64,000 nt of DNA, from NCBI GenBank assembly GCA_043228905.1, contig JBHGNT010000004.1, positions 24,366,001-24,430,000 on the forward strand. Direction: 5' to 3'. Source of the DNA: Azolla caroliniana. Taxonomy: Eukaryota; Plantae; Polypodiophyta. Below, piece after piece: positions 39,010-51,797 of the stretch. Position numbers and translations under genes: made by a program. The stretch's first letter is position 1. Each line of letters begins with the position of its first letter. The notes below the pieces were generated by a model. It was not told where the DNA came from. It was given only the letters and a program-made list of their open reading frames with translations, and ran no database searches.

Positions 39010-40880
39010 GGACAGAGGCCTGGAAGGGTATGTTGCTTAATCAGCGAATGCAATTATCTCCCAAGACGAGAGGCAACTAGTTTCCTTCTTTGAAATGGAT
39101 GTTCTTGACAGATGCACAAACACCAAGACGAAATTTGACATCCAATAGATTTCTCTTGGGAATCGTCAGAGCATGGGAGGCCTGGAAGGGTATGTTGCTT
39201 AATCAACGAATGCAATTATCTCCCAAGACGAGAGGCAACTAGTTTCCTTCTTTGAAATGGATGTTCTTGACAGATGCACAAACACCAAGACGAAATTTGA
39301 CATCCAATAGATTTCTCTTGGGAATCATCAGAGCATGGGAGGCCTGGAAGGGTATGTTGCTTAATCAACGAATGCAATTATCTCCCAAGACGAGAGGCAA
39401 CTAGTTTCCTTCTTTGAAATGGATGTTCTTGACAGATGCACAGACACCAAGACGAAATCTAACATCCAATAGATTTCTCTTGGGAATCGTCAGAGCATGG
39501 GATGCAATCAAGATATTCTTACACAAGCATATGCCTGACACGTGGGATGATTGGATGAATCAAGCACTATTAGCTAATTCTCTCGTCGGGGATTCTGTTG
39601 GAAATGTATTGGGCCTTAGGACTCGTCTCGCTTGGGGAAAACTTGACAATGGGCCAGCAACATCAGTGAGATCCTCGATTCAATTTCAATAGATGCCAAA
39701 TTTGGATCATCTTAAGGAGTTACACTCAGTATATGGGGCAAAACCAATGACAATGGAAATCTCACAATCCTCGACGCGACTTCGGCTAATGCAGGAGCAT
39801 ATCATATATGTGGTTTGGATGCCTTGTGAATGGCATGATGCTTTATGTCTAAGAATATTCCAACTCCTAGCTCAAAAGCAATGGAATAACTGGGGTGTTT
39901 CAACTTCAAGCACTCATTTGAAGGCATATTTGGACATGGATTTGGTCTTTCAAGGGACCAACCAAATATATTCTCTTCAGATGGCTTTTACTACATGCAA
40001 CACTACCAATAGGTCAGTCACTGCAAGGAAATGTGGCAACTAGTCTTAGACAATAATGTTATTACGGTGACATGCAGGAAACTACCAAACATGCTCTCTG
40101 GTCATGCTCAATAGCCCAACATGTATGGAATAAAGTTTTTTTTTTTCAAACAAAAGATACACCTTGGTATTATAAAATCATTAGCAATACAAAAGTTGAT
40201 GGTTGGTTCGATGAGAACAACAATAACACTAAAACAAAGCTAATGCCAACCATAAATCCATCCATCCATTCATGAGGAGAGAAGGACCTAAAAACAGGTA
40301 TGGAATAAAGTTATTGCTTTATTCTTGACAATTAACGCAGGTTGCCTCTTCTCTTGGGGATCAACAGTATGGGGGTTCTCCATTCCAGTCTCTTGTTGTA
40401 TGAAGCAAATGATGCTCTGGAGGCTATGACAGTCATCAACAGACATCTAATTACAGTCTCCCCTTTTTAGCAACCTCGCCAACAAATGCGTGCAACCCAT
40501 GTATGGAAAACAGTATCTACAATTACATTATGGAAGTATCGTTGTAAAAGACGATATGAGTCCATAATTCCTCTTCTCTCAGATATATTGCCGGAATTAT
40601 GGGGGACCTTATTGGCGGTTGTGCAGGGGCAATCTAACAATATGACAAGCTCTTCGGAGGTTGTTCTGAAGAAAAGGAAAAAAATGTTGCAATTATGGTG
40701 GAAGTTGCCTTTGTTCACAGTCTCCTCTAACGGACCGTTATGGAAATATCATCACCCCTGGTCCTTGCCCTGACCATTTCTTTCGTATATAATACTCTCT
40801 GATTTTACATTTTTGTAGCCCTTCGGCACTTTTCTTAATACTAATGAAGGAAATATTGTTGAGAAAAAAAGAAAAAAAAA
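39010..40880 (+). mobile_element. L1-like LINE 3' remnant (zf-RVT region) with A-rich tail
   Basis: Collinear broken ORFs 39414-39692, 39693-40043, 40072- (ETTKHALWSC zinc motif) and 40486-40773 (WKTVSTITLWKYRCKRRYE). A-rich tail at 40861-40880. Confidence 0.75.
39015..39501. repeat. ~162-bp near-perfect tandem triplication
   Basis: gaggcctggaagggtatgttgc... starts at ~39015, 39177 and 39339. Confidence 0.92.
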
Positions 40881-41338
40881 GAGAGCTATATGGTCCAATA
40901 ATATTATTTCGGCCGAAGAATCCTTACCTATATCACAACTCACCCTACGAGGATGCTATAGGAAGTAGCAATGCGCTATACCCTATATTGTCATCGAAAG
41001 CTTTAATTGCTTACTTATTTGAACTCAAATGACAATTACACAAAAGACAAGTAGAAAACCTATAAGAAACTTCATACATGAGCATGATTCACACATGCTT
41101 GTGTTGGTCCAAATAAAAAATGCCACAAATAACTAATGTTTGTTCAAATCTCTAGTTTCCTCAAGTTCTTTTCATGGGATCCTCCCGATTTGTAGATTTG
41201 TAGCAATCACCCGTATTTCTAGTTATTGGATATTTACATCGTTTATATCAAGTCGGATAACAATAAACATTAATTTCATATACATTCTAATTTTTAAGGC
41301 TAACAACTTGGAGTTTCAAATTTGAGGATGTACCAAAT

Positions 41339-43847
41339 CTATTTAATTAGTCTTGAATTTTGGAGAGAGCAGTTTATTCTTATTTCTCCCTCGTCTCCAG
41401 TTAACACATTTATGTTGCTCATCTTTATCATGCTTTTTTTAAAACCTTCAAAGAATAAATCTTGGTTTTTTGCATATTGTTGCACCAATGATTTTGTGGT
41501 TGTGTCATTCATGATAGCTTCATCTGTAGCTAACAAGCCTCTGGCTTGCATCAAATCCTTGTAATAACTATTATCGAAAACCTCAACAGTAGCATCATCT
41601 AAAGGAACATGGTATTCATCATTTACTTTGAATGGTTTGCATTGTCTCACAAGCTCTAACCAAAAGCTCATATTCACATGAAGATCTATCTTGTGATTTG
41701 CCCCAATTCGTTGATTGAATGTCGAACACTTCGCAACTCCAATAGTGTGAGCACCTAAATGGAAGCAACTACCATGTTAGTATAAGGTCATACTTTTCTT
41801 GAGTAAAAGTACATAATTGAGTTTGATTGTGTAAAGCTTACTCACCAAGGAGGTTCACAATGTCTACCTTGTTTAGCCCTTTCCTTCCAAATATGTCAAT
41901 TATCCCCGATATATTCAAACTAGGACTTGGAAGCTCGGCATTTGCTTTTGCCATTGATGAATTCGTACTATCTCTTCTACCTTTAGCTAAATCATAGGTA
42001 GGGCCACCTGTCTACCTTATTACATCTATTGTAAGCATTGGCCAAGAACACATACATGTATTTTGAATGTTCGCGCAATGATGTTTGAAAAATTAAATGT
42101 AATAAAGCTTTCCCCAATGCTTGCTTAAATTATTTGTTAGCAAATATATTCAATTTTTATTCAAAAAGATCATTACATCTTATAATTTAGATGTGCTCTA
42201 CCTTCAATCTCAAAATTTTAAACTTCTTTTTTTAATATTTCAACTGCAATGTATTTTAATATTGTTTTTTTATCAAAAATTGATGCGCCTATTTGGGATT
42301 TTTATTTAATCGAGTGTCACATTAGTGCGACTCTGCCAAAAGTTTGATAGAAATCATATATCGATGCACCCAATTTATTATATAGCGGAACATGGGCGTT
42401 GATGCCTTACTTGAATTACTGCATGCCTAGCTGATAATGCAATAATATCGGCACATGAAACAGTCATTGGGCAAACACTTTCTAGTTTCTCTTTGATTTC
42501 ATCTACAATTTCGAATCCTTTAAGGGAGTTTTTATTTGGGATTGCAAACTTCTCAGAGACACCATCATCCCAATCCGAGTTCAAGAGCACTGATCCATCA
42601 CAACCCTATATAAATAACATTTCAAGAAGAAATATGAACCATGAACTTAGTTTCCAATAGAAAACCAACACAAATGTATATAGTTGGTTTTTACTACTAT
42701 GGTTTCAACTGGGAAAACAATTTTTGAAAATCATGGGGTATTTAAGTAATGCTTAAAATTTGATGAGTATGCTCATCATCTTTTTAAACCGCTTGGTACG
42801 TTATGGTGAATATATGCTTTAAAACTATATGCAACACTTCATTATAGGCTTAACAATGACAATGGAAATAAGGTGACCATGGATAACAACTAAGTTAATC
42901 ATATGGTGCTATGTAGATTTGATTTAGCATCGCAGTGCCAACCCCATCAATGTTTATATCAAGCGTCAATTGTACAACTACACTTGTATAGACATAGAAA
43001 CTTGTATATATTATACATGAACATATGTATATATGATTTCTCCCCTCACATATGCTCTTTTTCATATGAATTATATGATGTCTACCATTACTAACACTAA
43101 TTGCATCTTTATTTATCTTTTACATTGTTTAAATATAATATCTAACATTTTTCTTTAACTAAAAACCTAGCAAGAAAAGTTATTGTGAAACCATAGAATT
43201 GATGGTCAATGAGATTTACTTCAAGTTGAAATCTAGAAATGTGATGACCTACATTAATAGACCTTCGGTTTAGGACGTTGTTGCTTGATCTCATCAATAA
43301 TGAGTTTGTCGTGCACGAAACTATAATTGTATTACTCGTAACTCATGAATTGTGTTAAGTTTATCTATTCCATTGGTGAAGACACTTGTTTAATCACTTT
43401 GTGAAATTGGAACAATTAAAAAATATAGTCAACATCTATTAAAATTACAAAAACTATAGTTACCATCTATTAAACTTACAAACCATACACAATGAATTCA
43501 CTCGCTACAAGTTGTAGACATATCATTCACATATGTTGCTTAGTAAGCTAAAAAACAAATCATAAGATTGAATGTGATAGTGGTTACAATAAAAGTACCT
43601 GAACAAAGCAATCATGAAAGGCCAACCTAAGGAGTCCTGCTGCTTGAGATATGTTTGCAGCGAGAGTTCTAGTCAATGTGTCATTTATTATACTCTCAAC
43701 TTGGGGGCACGAATCCTTATAAAACGCGTCGCTCAAATCACTAGGGGAGGATGCATTAACTCCATAGATCCACCAAGAATTCATATACACCATCACCAAT
43801 AAGACTATCATTGCCATGTTATAATTACCATGAATCCTTGAGTCCAT
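41339..43847 (-). CDS. Class III secretory heme peroxidase, 4 exons, ~341 aa
   Basis: Exons 43847-43599, 42605-42411, 42011-41846, 41754-41339; total 1026 nt, the canonical 3-intron layout. Distal RLAFHDCFVQGCDGS, VSCADIIALSAR, GRRDS, proximal GAHTIG, FDNSYY, GEIRINC; 8 conserved Cys; signal peptide. The start Met could be a later in-frame ATG. Confidence 0.93.
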
Positions 43848-44526
43848 TCCACATTACCTATGTTTCAAAATTCCAACTTTTAGTGTGTTTACAACAGTCA
43901 TGTCTGATACAAGACACTCTTCATAAATCTCCATTTTTATAATTATTCCCATTTTATACAATGTATATATATTTTCGTCGATTGGTTTCCTTTATACTTC
44001 ATGAGTTGAATAGTACACAACTTATAGTATGTAGTTAGTTTCTAGCCTATCATATTCGTAACATTGATGTTCAAATCAATGCAATCATTTTGTACAATAC
44101 CATATCCATCTTGAAATTAAATAAATAAGTAGCTTGTATTTGAAGCTTATCCATCAACTATTCGAAACTCATATGGCTTACATGATGTTATTCAATAATC
44201 AAGCTATACTCATACGGGGAGTTGTCTTATTGAGGTTTTCTTAAAAAACTAGCAAAAAGGTAAAAACAATATGTATGCAAAATAACGCAAGTAAAAGAAT
44301 AGAGCATTCAATTCACAACTAACAATGTACATGAAAAACAAAAACTAACCAAAAGATCAATCAGACAAAAAATTCTCACCAAGTAAAAAAAATTCTCACC
44401 AAGGAAATAACAACTTGGATTTACCTCTTTTACAACTAGAACTAGAATGGATGAGGGGATGAGGGTAGCATAATTTTGAGATTTATGTGAATCTTTTAAA
44501 TGTGAAGATAACCAAAATGAACTCAC

Positions 44527-44570
<44 letters not shown>

Positions 44571-46545
44571 CTATCATGATTGGCATTTGGACATCATCTT
44601 AGTGTGTGCATTGTTTTGTGTGGAGTGAGAGAGATGGTCGAGATTTGTTTTGGTGGTAACTTGGTACTTTGGCATGCTCTAAGTATGTATCCGTGTGCAT
44701 CACACACAAAATTTGTGTTGCTTGTAGTACAATGATGGTCGACATTGCATTGAAACAACAAACAGGGGTGCAAACACACATGCATATGTTTCTTAAAGCA
44801 CGAACCTTGTTACTTTATCTTCTCTTTGTTTAGAGGGGCATCCTATGTTATAGGTACTAGAGTTTTCCTTATAAATATACAATACAATTAAAAATGGTTG
44901 TATTGTGAAAATATAAGTGCATATTCGTTATTCAAAAATAATTTTAAAGTGATCAAGGACGAGGAATTCTTGTACGGCATTGAATGCCCCACATAAGTAA
45001 TACATGGGTGAGAACACTCCCACGGGAATCTACAAAGTAGGAATTGTGAGCTAAGATTTTCATGGGATCTACAAGTGGTTTGGCTTGAGTCGAGAGGGGC
45101 ATTGAGATCAGGGATTAGGGAATATAGATTGTTCAATAACCAAAATTGAGTCACTACATTATTTTGAAAATGCTAATGATATTATTTGAACATTCCATTA
45201 TAAATTCATACTCATACATTTTGTGGTTAAATTAAAGTGGAAGGAGCATTGAAAACACCACCAAAGTAATCCACTAGTAACAACTCGCCCACAGAATGTG
45301 GGAAATCGCAGCTAGTTTGGGTATACTTGAGAGGGTGGATCAAAATTCCAAAACAATGAATTTTTGGTTACCAAATAGATCGACCCAATTGTGCATTTTT
45401 TTGGCTCATCACTTAATTTTCACAACTATCATAACATGGTAGTTGGCTTGGATTGAGTTATGATGAGTGGGAACAATATCATAGAATGACAATGTTGGTC
45501 TCTAAAAACCAATGGAAACTAGAATGATAATTTCTTTTTCAACCCCATCTAAGAGTCCCATTCATTAGTAAACTATGCAATGCAACTAGATGAACAAATC
45601 CTGCCATCATGATATAAACTTGTAATGCATGTAACCTCCACATCCTTCATTGCATGCTAACTCTAAGTATACACACAAATGAAATAACATTTTTAACCGA
45701 TGAAATTGAGCATCTTCAATATAGTAAAGTGCAATCATTTTCTTCTTACTTTTTTTAAAACATCCTCCCCATATAATTTCAATTGTATGGGAGTTTGTAT
45801 TGGATTTGCTTCCAATTGTAATTGCTTAAAAAATTGCAAACCCTTTTTTAACATAAGCTTAACTTTGCATATTGAGAACAACATCTATGAACAACACATT
45901 CTAACCTTTTTGTCATCTTATATCAACCATTTCAATTGGTTTAACCACACCTATATCCATACTTTATTTATGTGCAATTATTTTTTCACGCATAATAATA
46001 CAACATACTCGTTGGAAGTTCAAAGATAATTTCATACAAATATTTACTTAACTTAATTTAAAAGAACTAGAACATGATGGAAAAGTGTCACAACTCAAGA
46101 AAACCCATACCAATGTAGAATAACCCCAATGCAATCAACATCTATAAATTAATGTTAATGTTAAACATTGTGTATGAATATTAATATTGAGAACTTGTAG
46201 CCAAGTATGCTACAAATCATGCACATGAAGGTGGGTGTAATGCAATATTCACTTCTTTTGTCAATGGATTATGTGACCATTAGCACGTCAGTCATTATTG
46301 GCACATGCAAGCCTAGAGACTAAGACAAGGGATGTCATGACTCATGAGTTCTCCCTCACTTCATAGATGACATTTCTTTCCTTGTTTTTTTTTTACCTCC
46401 ATTACAATTGTGCTATAGTCCATAACACTAATTCCAAGTCTGACGAGAAGATACCAAAGGTCATGAAAGTCTAGTCAACAATAAATGCATAACAGGCAAA
46501 ACTCATTTTGGCCACATTGTGGATCTCGCAGTGATTTGTGAATAA

Positions 46546-46749
46546 GGTTGGTACCGGAAGGGTAGGAAGAAGAATAAGGGTAACATGGCTAAGGTTTAAT
46601 TATAGTCAAACATGCAACATACATGGGTGTCTAGAGAGAGAGAGGGGGGGAAAGAGGGGGAGGGTTGGCCAAAGCACGTGACAGGGTGAGATATCACGTG
46701 ATACATGAAACCTGAATTATGTGTGTAAAAAGGTTATTGACTTCACGTG
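46546..46749 (+). promoter_or_regulatory. Three G-boxes (CACGTG at 46675, 46695, 46744) and an AC-type MYB site (GGTTGGT ~46546) upstream of the dioxygenase
   Basis: Motifs read directly, 240-440 bp upstream of the ATG at 46986. Function is inferred. Confidence 0.6.
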
Positions 46750-46821
46750 CACCCTATTTCATGTAGCTCGTGGATACAACGCTATAGTAAGTACCAAGTA
46801 GTAGTAGAAGTGTGTGTGTTG

Positions 46822-46853
<32 letters not shown>

Positions 46854-46985
46854 ATATATGTGAAGTGTTGAGGTTGTAGAGAGATAAGTTGCTTCATTTC
46901 TTGTGCAAATTGAAGGTGTGTGTGTGTGTGTAAGATAGTGTCTTGGATCACCTCCTTGCCCTAGTGTATCCCATAGATCCATCCA

Positions 46986-48535
46986 ATGGCCCCTTCTCTT
47001 CACCCTCCTGCTCCCAAACTCCTCGAGGAGGACCTCGTGGAGAGCATGGCCGGCAGCGTAAAGAAAGACCACATCCCCGAGAAATTCATACTCCCCGAGG
47101 AGCACCGCCCCGCGTTCGCGCTCACGAGGTGTAGCGACGAGATCCCGGTGGTCGACATGGCCGGCTTGGATGCGTCCGACCCCACAACACGCCAACGCAC
47201 TCTCGCCATCATCCACAAGGCATGCCTCGAGTGGGGCTTCTTCCAGGTACCGCCCCCCGCCCCCCCCGGGGTGAAGATACGATCGAATGATCTATCTATC
47301 TATCTATGAATGTTTGGTAACCCTAAATCCATGATCATTCCTTTTTTTTCCCCTAGGTCCTCAACCATGGGGTTGATCCGGCCGTCATGAACACGATGAA
47401 GCAACAAGTGGAGGAATTCCTCCAGCTCCCCGTCGCGGATCGTGCCCCCGGTGGCATCCACAAAGGCGTAGCGAGCCAAGGCTATGGTACTGGCTATGTC
47501 AAGCCCGACACCGGAGCTCGTGACTGGCGCGACTACTTCCTCCTCCGCACCTACCCCGAGTCAATGCGTGACTATTCGACATGGCCGAATCGCCCGTCCT
47601 TCAGGTAGTACCAAGGTTCAATCCTTTTTCTTTTCTGTTTCTTTTTCAAGTTGTATAAAAAGATTATGCACACATAGGGATCCTTGTATTTGCATATGTG
47701 TTTTTCTTGAGGAAACATCGCGATCTAGGGTTGCATTTGCCCCCGGTTCGGTTCGGTTCGGGGCTAGCTAGCAATCCTCTACTTTCATTTGCATACATGG
47801 GGGCTCATCATGACAATCTTAGATCTAACAAGGTCTGCAAACATAATGTAGGGATGCCATCAACAATTACACACTTGAGATGAAGAAATTGTCAGAGAAG
47901 CTATTGGAATGCCTGTCCATCAATTTGGGGCTGCCACCAAACTACATCCAGGAGGCTCTTGGGGAGCTACACCAAGACTTGCTCATCAACCACTACCCAC
48001 CATGCCCAAACCCTGAGCTCACAGTGGGTGCCAACAAGCACACTGACTTGGGGGGTGTCACATGTCTATGGCAATTGGAGGATGTGGTGGGCTTGCAGGT
48101 GCTCAAGGATGGGGAGTGGTACCCAATCAAACCACTAGATGGGGCATACATTATCAATGTTGCTGACATGGTAGAGGTAAATTTGAACAAGCTTTTCACT
48201 TTCCTTTTTTAGTGCTTCCCATTAGGGTTTACATTTAAGTGTGAAAATAACATATAAACCGCATTTAATAATGTCTTGTCATTTGCTCGTTTTACACACC
48301 AAAGGTGGTAAGCAATGGCATCTACAAAAGCATCCAACATCGGGCCGTTGTCAACACAACGAGACGCCGTGTTTCGATTGCGGCCTTCTACGATTTACAC
48401 CCCGATGCCGTGATCAAGCCGGCCCCGCAATTGGTCACCCCCGACCGCCCCGCGCTCCCACCCATCCGATTCTGTGACCATGCCATGAAGCTCGCCATTG
48501 AAACCGACAAGATTGGAGACAAGGTCGTAAATTGA
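46986..48535 (+). CDS. 2-oxoglutarate/Fe(II)-dependent dioxygenase, DOXC class (FLS/ANS/JOX-like), 4 exons, ~354 aa
   Basis: Exons 46986-47246, 47357-47604, 47852-48176, 48305-48535; total 1065 nt. DIOX_N (IPVVDM, ACLEWGFFQVLNHGV, DWRDYF); NHYPPCPNPEL; HTD...H iron triad; RVS 2OG-binding motif. Confidence 0.93.
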
Positions 48536-51070
48536 TCATGATCACATGTAGTCTTGGTTCAAGCAAGCAAAACTCTCCCCTCTTCCCCCCCCCCCTCCTT
48601 AATGAATAATAATAGGTGCAATTATGGCACCATCTATAATGGTAATGCAATTGTAATTAGGGTTTGTGTTTATGGGTTTGCAAGGGTACTCCTAATTGAA
48701 AACCACAACATCTTTTTTTAACAAAAAGTCAAACATCTGTTTTGGATGCCTTTGTATCAATCCAAGATGACGACGCTTCTTAAAAGGGTGATAAAAAAAC
48801 AATTTCTTGTGAGTAGTGACCACTGATATTAAGACGCCCGAGACATTTGATTTTATATGAACCCAAATATCGATCCTTGAAACATTGAAGTTAGACACTA
48901 CATGACAAACACATCGATGACATTTTGCGTCCTTATTTATGCCTCTTCAAATTTGTGAGAATGACGCAAATGCCTAGGCCCCTAATTACCAATTACGTTG
49001 ATTCATCTTTTTGTATGGTAGTGTAACTTAAAAGGCATTAATAATATTTTCGTTAATTATATAATAATGATTATGTAATTGTAAAGCTTGTCTTGCAACG
49101 TTAATGCCATTGGTTAAAGTCTCTAACCATGGGTTTGATGTTGCATTCACTTAATTAGGGTTTTCAATTGTGATGAACTCTCAATAGCTTTACTCTAAGA
49201 TGATGCACACAAACATTTTGTCCACAAGAGAAGGAGAAAAGGTTAAATGATAGAAAAATTAATTTGCTATCTAACAATTATGCAATGAGTTACATATTAC
49301 ATTGCATCTCTAATTCAAAGATATATTTATGCTTGTTCACAAATCCGTAGATTATTTTTGTATTTCCTTGAAATTGTAGTGTAAATAAATGCATGTTAAT
49401 GAAGGTTAAGTTACGTCTTATATAACGTGTGAGGCATGTACTCAACTCCGTTTGAGTGTCATCTCCGGTTGTCTACACGGTAATGAGTTACTGATTATGG
49501 TGTCAAAATTGAGATTTGTTATTTGGAATGCATGATCAAAACCCACGAACTTGACCATAAAATATGTAAATGAAATAAAAAGCATGTTAATGAAGGCCAA
49601 TTCATTTCATGTAGCATGTAAGACACATCTTCAATCCCATATGAGAGTAATTTTGGGTTTGGCACATGATAATGTGTCAATTTTAGTTTGTTGTTTGGAA
49701 TGTGCGATGTCACTAAGTTCGAACATATGACGTTCACACCAAGTTACTAGGCGCGTCAAAAGAAATCCCAAATTGTTTTGCTTTATTCTCTTCGTGTTAA
49801 GAGTCCTTATTCTTGATATAATCATACTCTTCTCTTGTGCATACTTTACAATTATTTTAAGGTAGGAAACAAAATCTTTGAGTGGGAGAAAAATGATGAT
49901 GGAGACATAAAGTCTTAAAATTTGTTATTTAGGTACATACATGCATGCATACATACATACATACATACATACATAGCCCTAAACATTAACTTGAGAAGGA
50001 AATTTACTTGGCGATTTATTGATTAGAAAACATATGAAATAGAATCATATAAGTATGTATGAAACCAACATAAATTTTCTCGGGCGAGAGGAAAGTAACA
50101 GGGTTCACTTTAGATTATCACTACATACTTCATTATTATTTTTATCCTTTTAATAACTTTTGTGACTTGTAAGTGCTGAACTTTTGGTCAAGTTCGTGGA
50201 CTCCATGTAGTACTTGGTTTGATTATCCTAGATAAGACACCATATGATAAACTATAAGTAAGAAATCCATGATTCTTGGAACTCAATATTGATCCATGAG
50301 TCACAAGAGATGGTCGATACTCAACATACCAACAATTGTCAACTTATAACAACAAATGTATGATTGACCATTGGTGTTAAACGTGTGAATCTTTAGAGCT
50401 AGGAAGAGTGATGACGAAGACACTTCATACTTAGGTAGAATGTGGAAGACCATATTAATGTGATGGTGTAGTGGTGGAATTTTAGTGGTCTTAGATTTAG
50501 ATTGAAATCAATGGGACTTGCATTGCACTAACTGTAGTAAGTATCCAAGAATGTACACCAAGACCATTATACCATTGGTTAGGAAAACCTGTCCTCCTAA
50601 AAGTTGTTGTTACCAAAACCATTTCCCACAATCCAAGGTTGAAAAGTTTTAGCTTTGTATTATAAAAGGAAATCCCTCTGTTCGTGGCGATGAATTGACC
50701 TTGTGGACCACATTTGCCTCTAGTCAGTGAAGCAAAAGTATGGTTGTTAATGATAGTTTGAAAACGCTAATATAAGTAAACTAATTGTTTTTTCTCAATA
50801 ATCATGTCGTCGCTTTCCTTGCAATAGACAAGCAGTCAAGTTATTACACTAATTTCTTTTTTGAAAAATGGTGTTACAATCTCACTTTCGACAAAGCCGA
50901 TTGGTTTGAAAATTGTGGGCATTGTTGTGTCCTAAGATAAACAATAATTAAAGATGTTGTCCTCGAGTTTCCCATCTAGCAACCCCAATCAGGTTGTGGT
51001 TGGTCAAGCGAGTGATGTGTGGGAGGTCACAGGGTCTTCTTCAATGACATGAACAAAAGGCAAAAGCGAA

Positions 51071-51128
51071 AGAAGAAGGAGAAGGAGAAGGAGAAGGAGA
51101 AGGAGAAGAAGAAGAAGAAGAAGAAGAG
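51071..51128. repeat. (GAGAAG)n/(GAA)n microsatellite upstream of RGLG
   Basis: Directly visible. Confidence 0.9.
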
Positions 51129-51547
51129 CAATAGGAAGGTTGTGAGACTAAGATCTGTGTTCGTGCTGGGACTAGACGGACATGTGGACGATGAGGAATC
51201 GAAGATAGTGTGTGTGTGTATGGAGTGATGGCAGGCAGAAAGGAAGGTTCAAGGAAGTTATGTAGTTGGCTTAAAGGAGCACTCACTTGGCAATGGGGTC
51301 ATATGAATACATATATTTGGAAAGGGAAACATGGAAGGAAGGAAGTTTCAAGGAAGTTTATGTACACATAATAGTTGGCTTAAGGAGCACTCATTTTGAT
51401 TTGGCCATGGGCTCATATATGTACATAATCTGTGTATATATTTAAGAGTTACCATGGTGATGGGGTTAAAAGTTTGAAGAGTAAAAAAAAAAAAAACACA
51501 GACAGAGTGACAGACAGAGAGAGTAAGAGAGAGCGAGCGAGCCAGCG

Positions 51548-51757
51548 ATGGGAGCTTTTATATCATTGTTCGCCAAGGGGGCTCGGAAACGACGTCCTGG
51601 ATACTCTCCTCCTCCTCCTCCTCATTCTCGCCCCGCTTCCATGCCTTCCCGGATAGGAAAATACTCATTCATTGGCGACAATTTCAGTAACCTGGACCAG
51701 GTAGAGTCTCTGCTGCTGGAAGAACCTTCTCCCCTTTCCTTAATCCCTCTTTTAAAT

Positions 51758-51797
<40 letters not shown>

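Noticed and set aside
35452-48535. FDC1 + peroxidase + dioxygenase as a biosynthetic gene cluster
   Set aside because: No scaffold-forming enzyme is present and the predicted compartments differ (plastid, secretory, cytosol). Only the divergent pair is kept as a lead.
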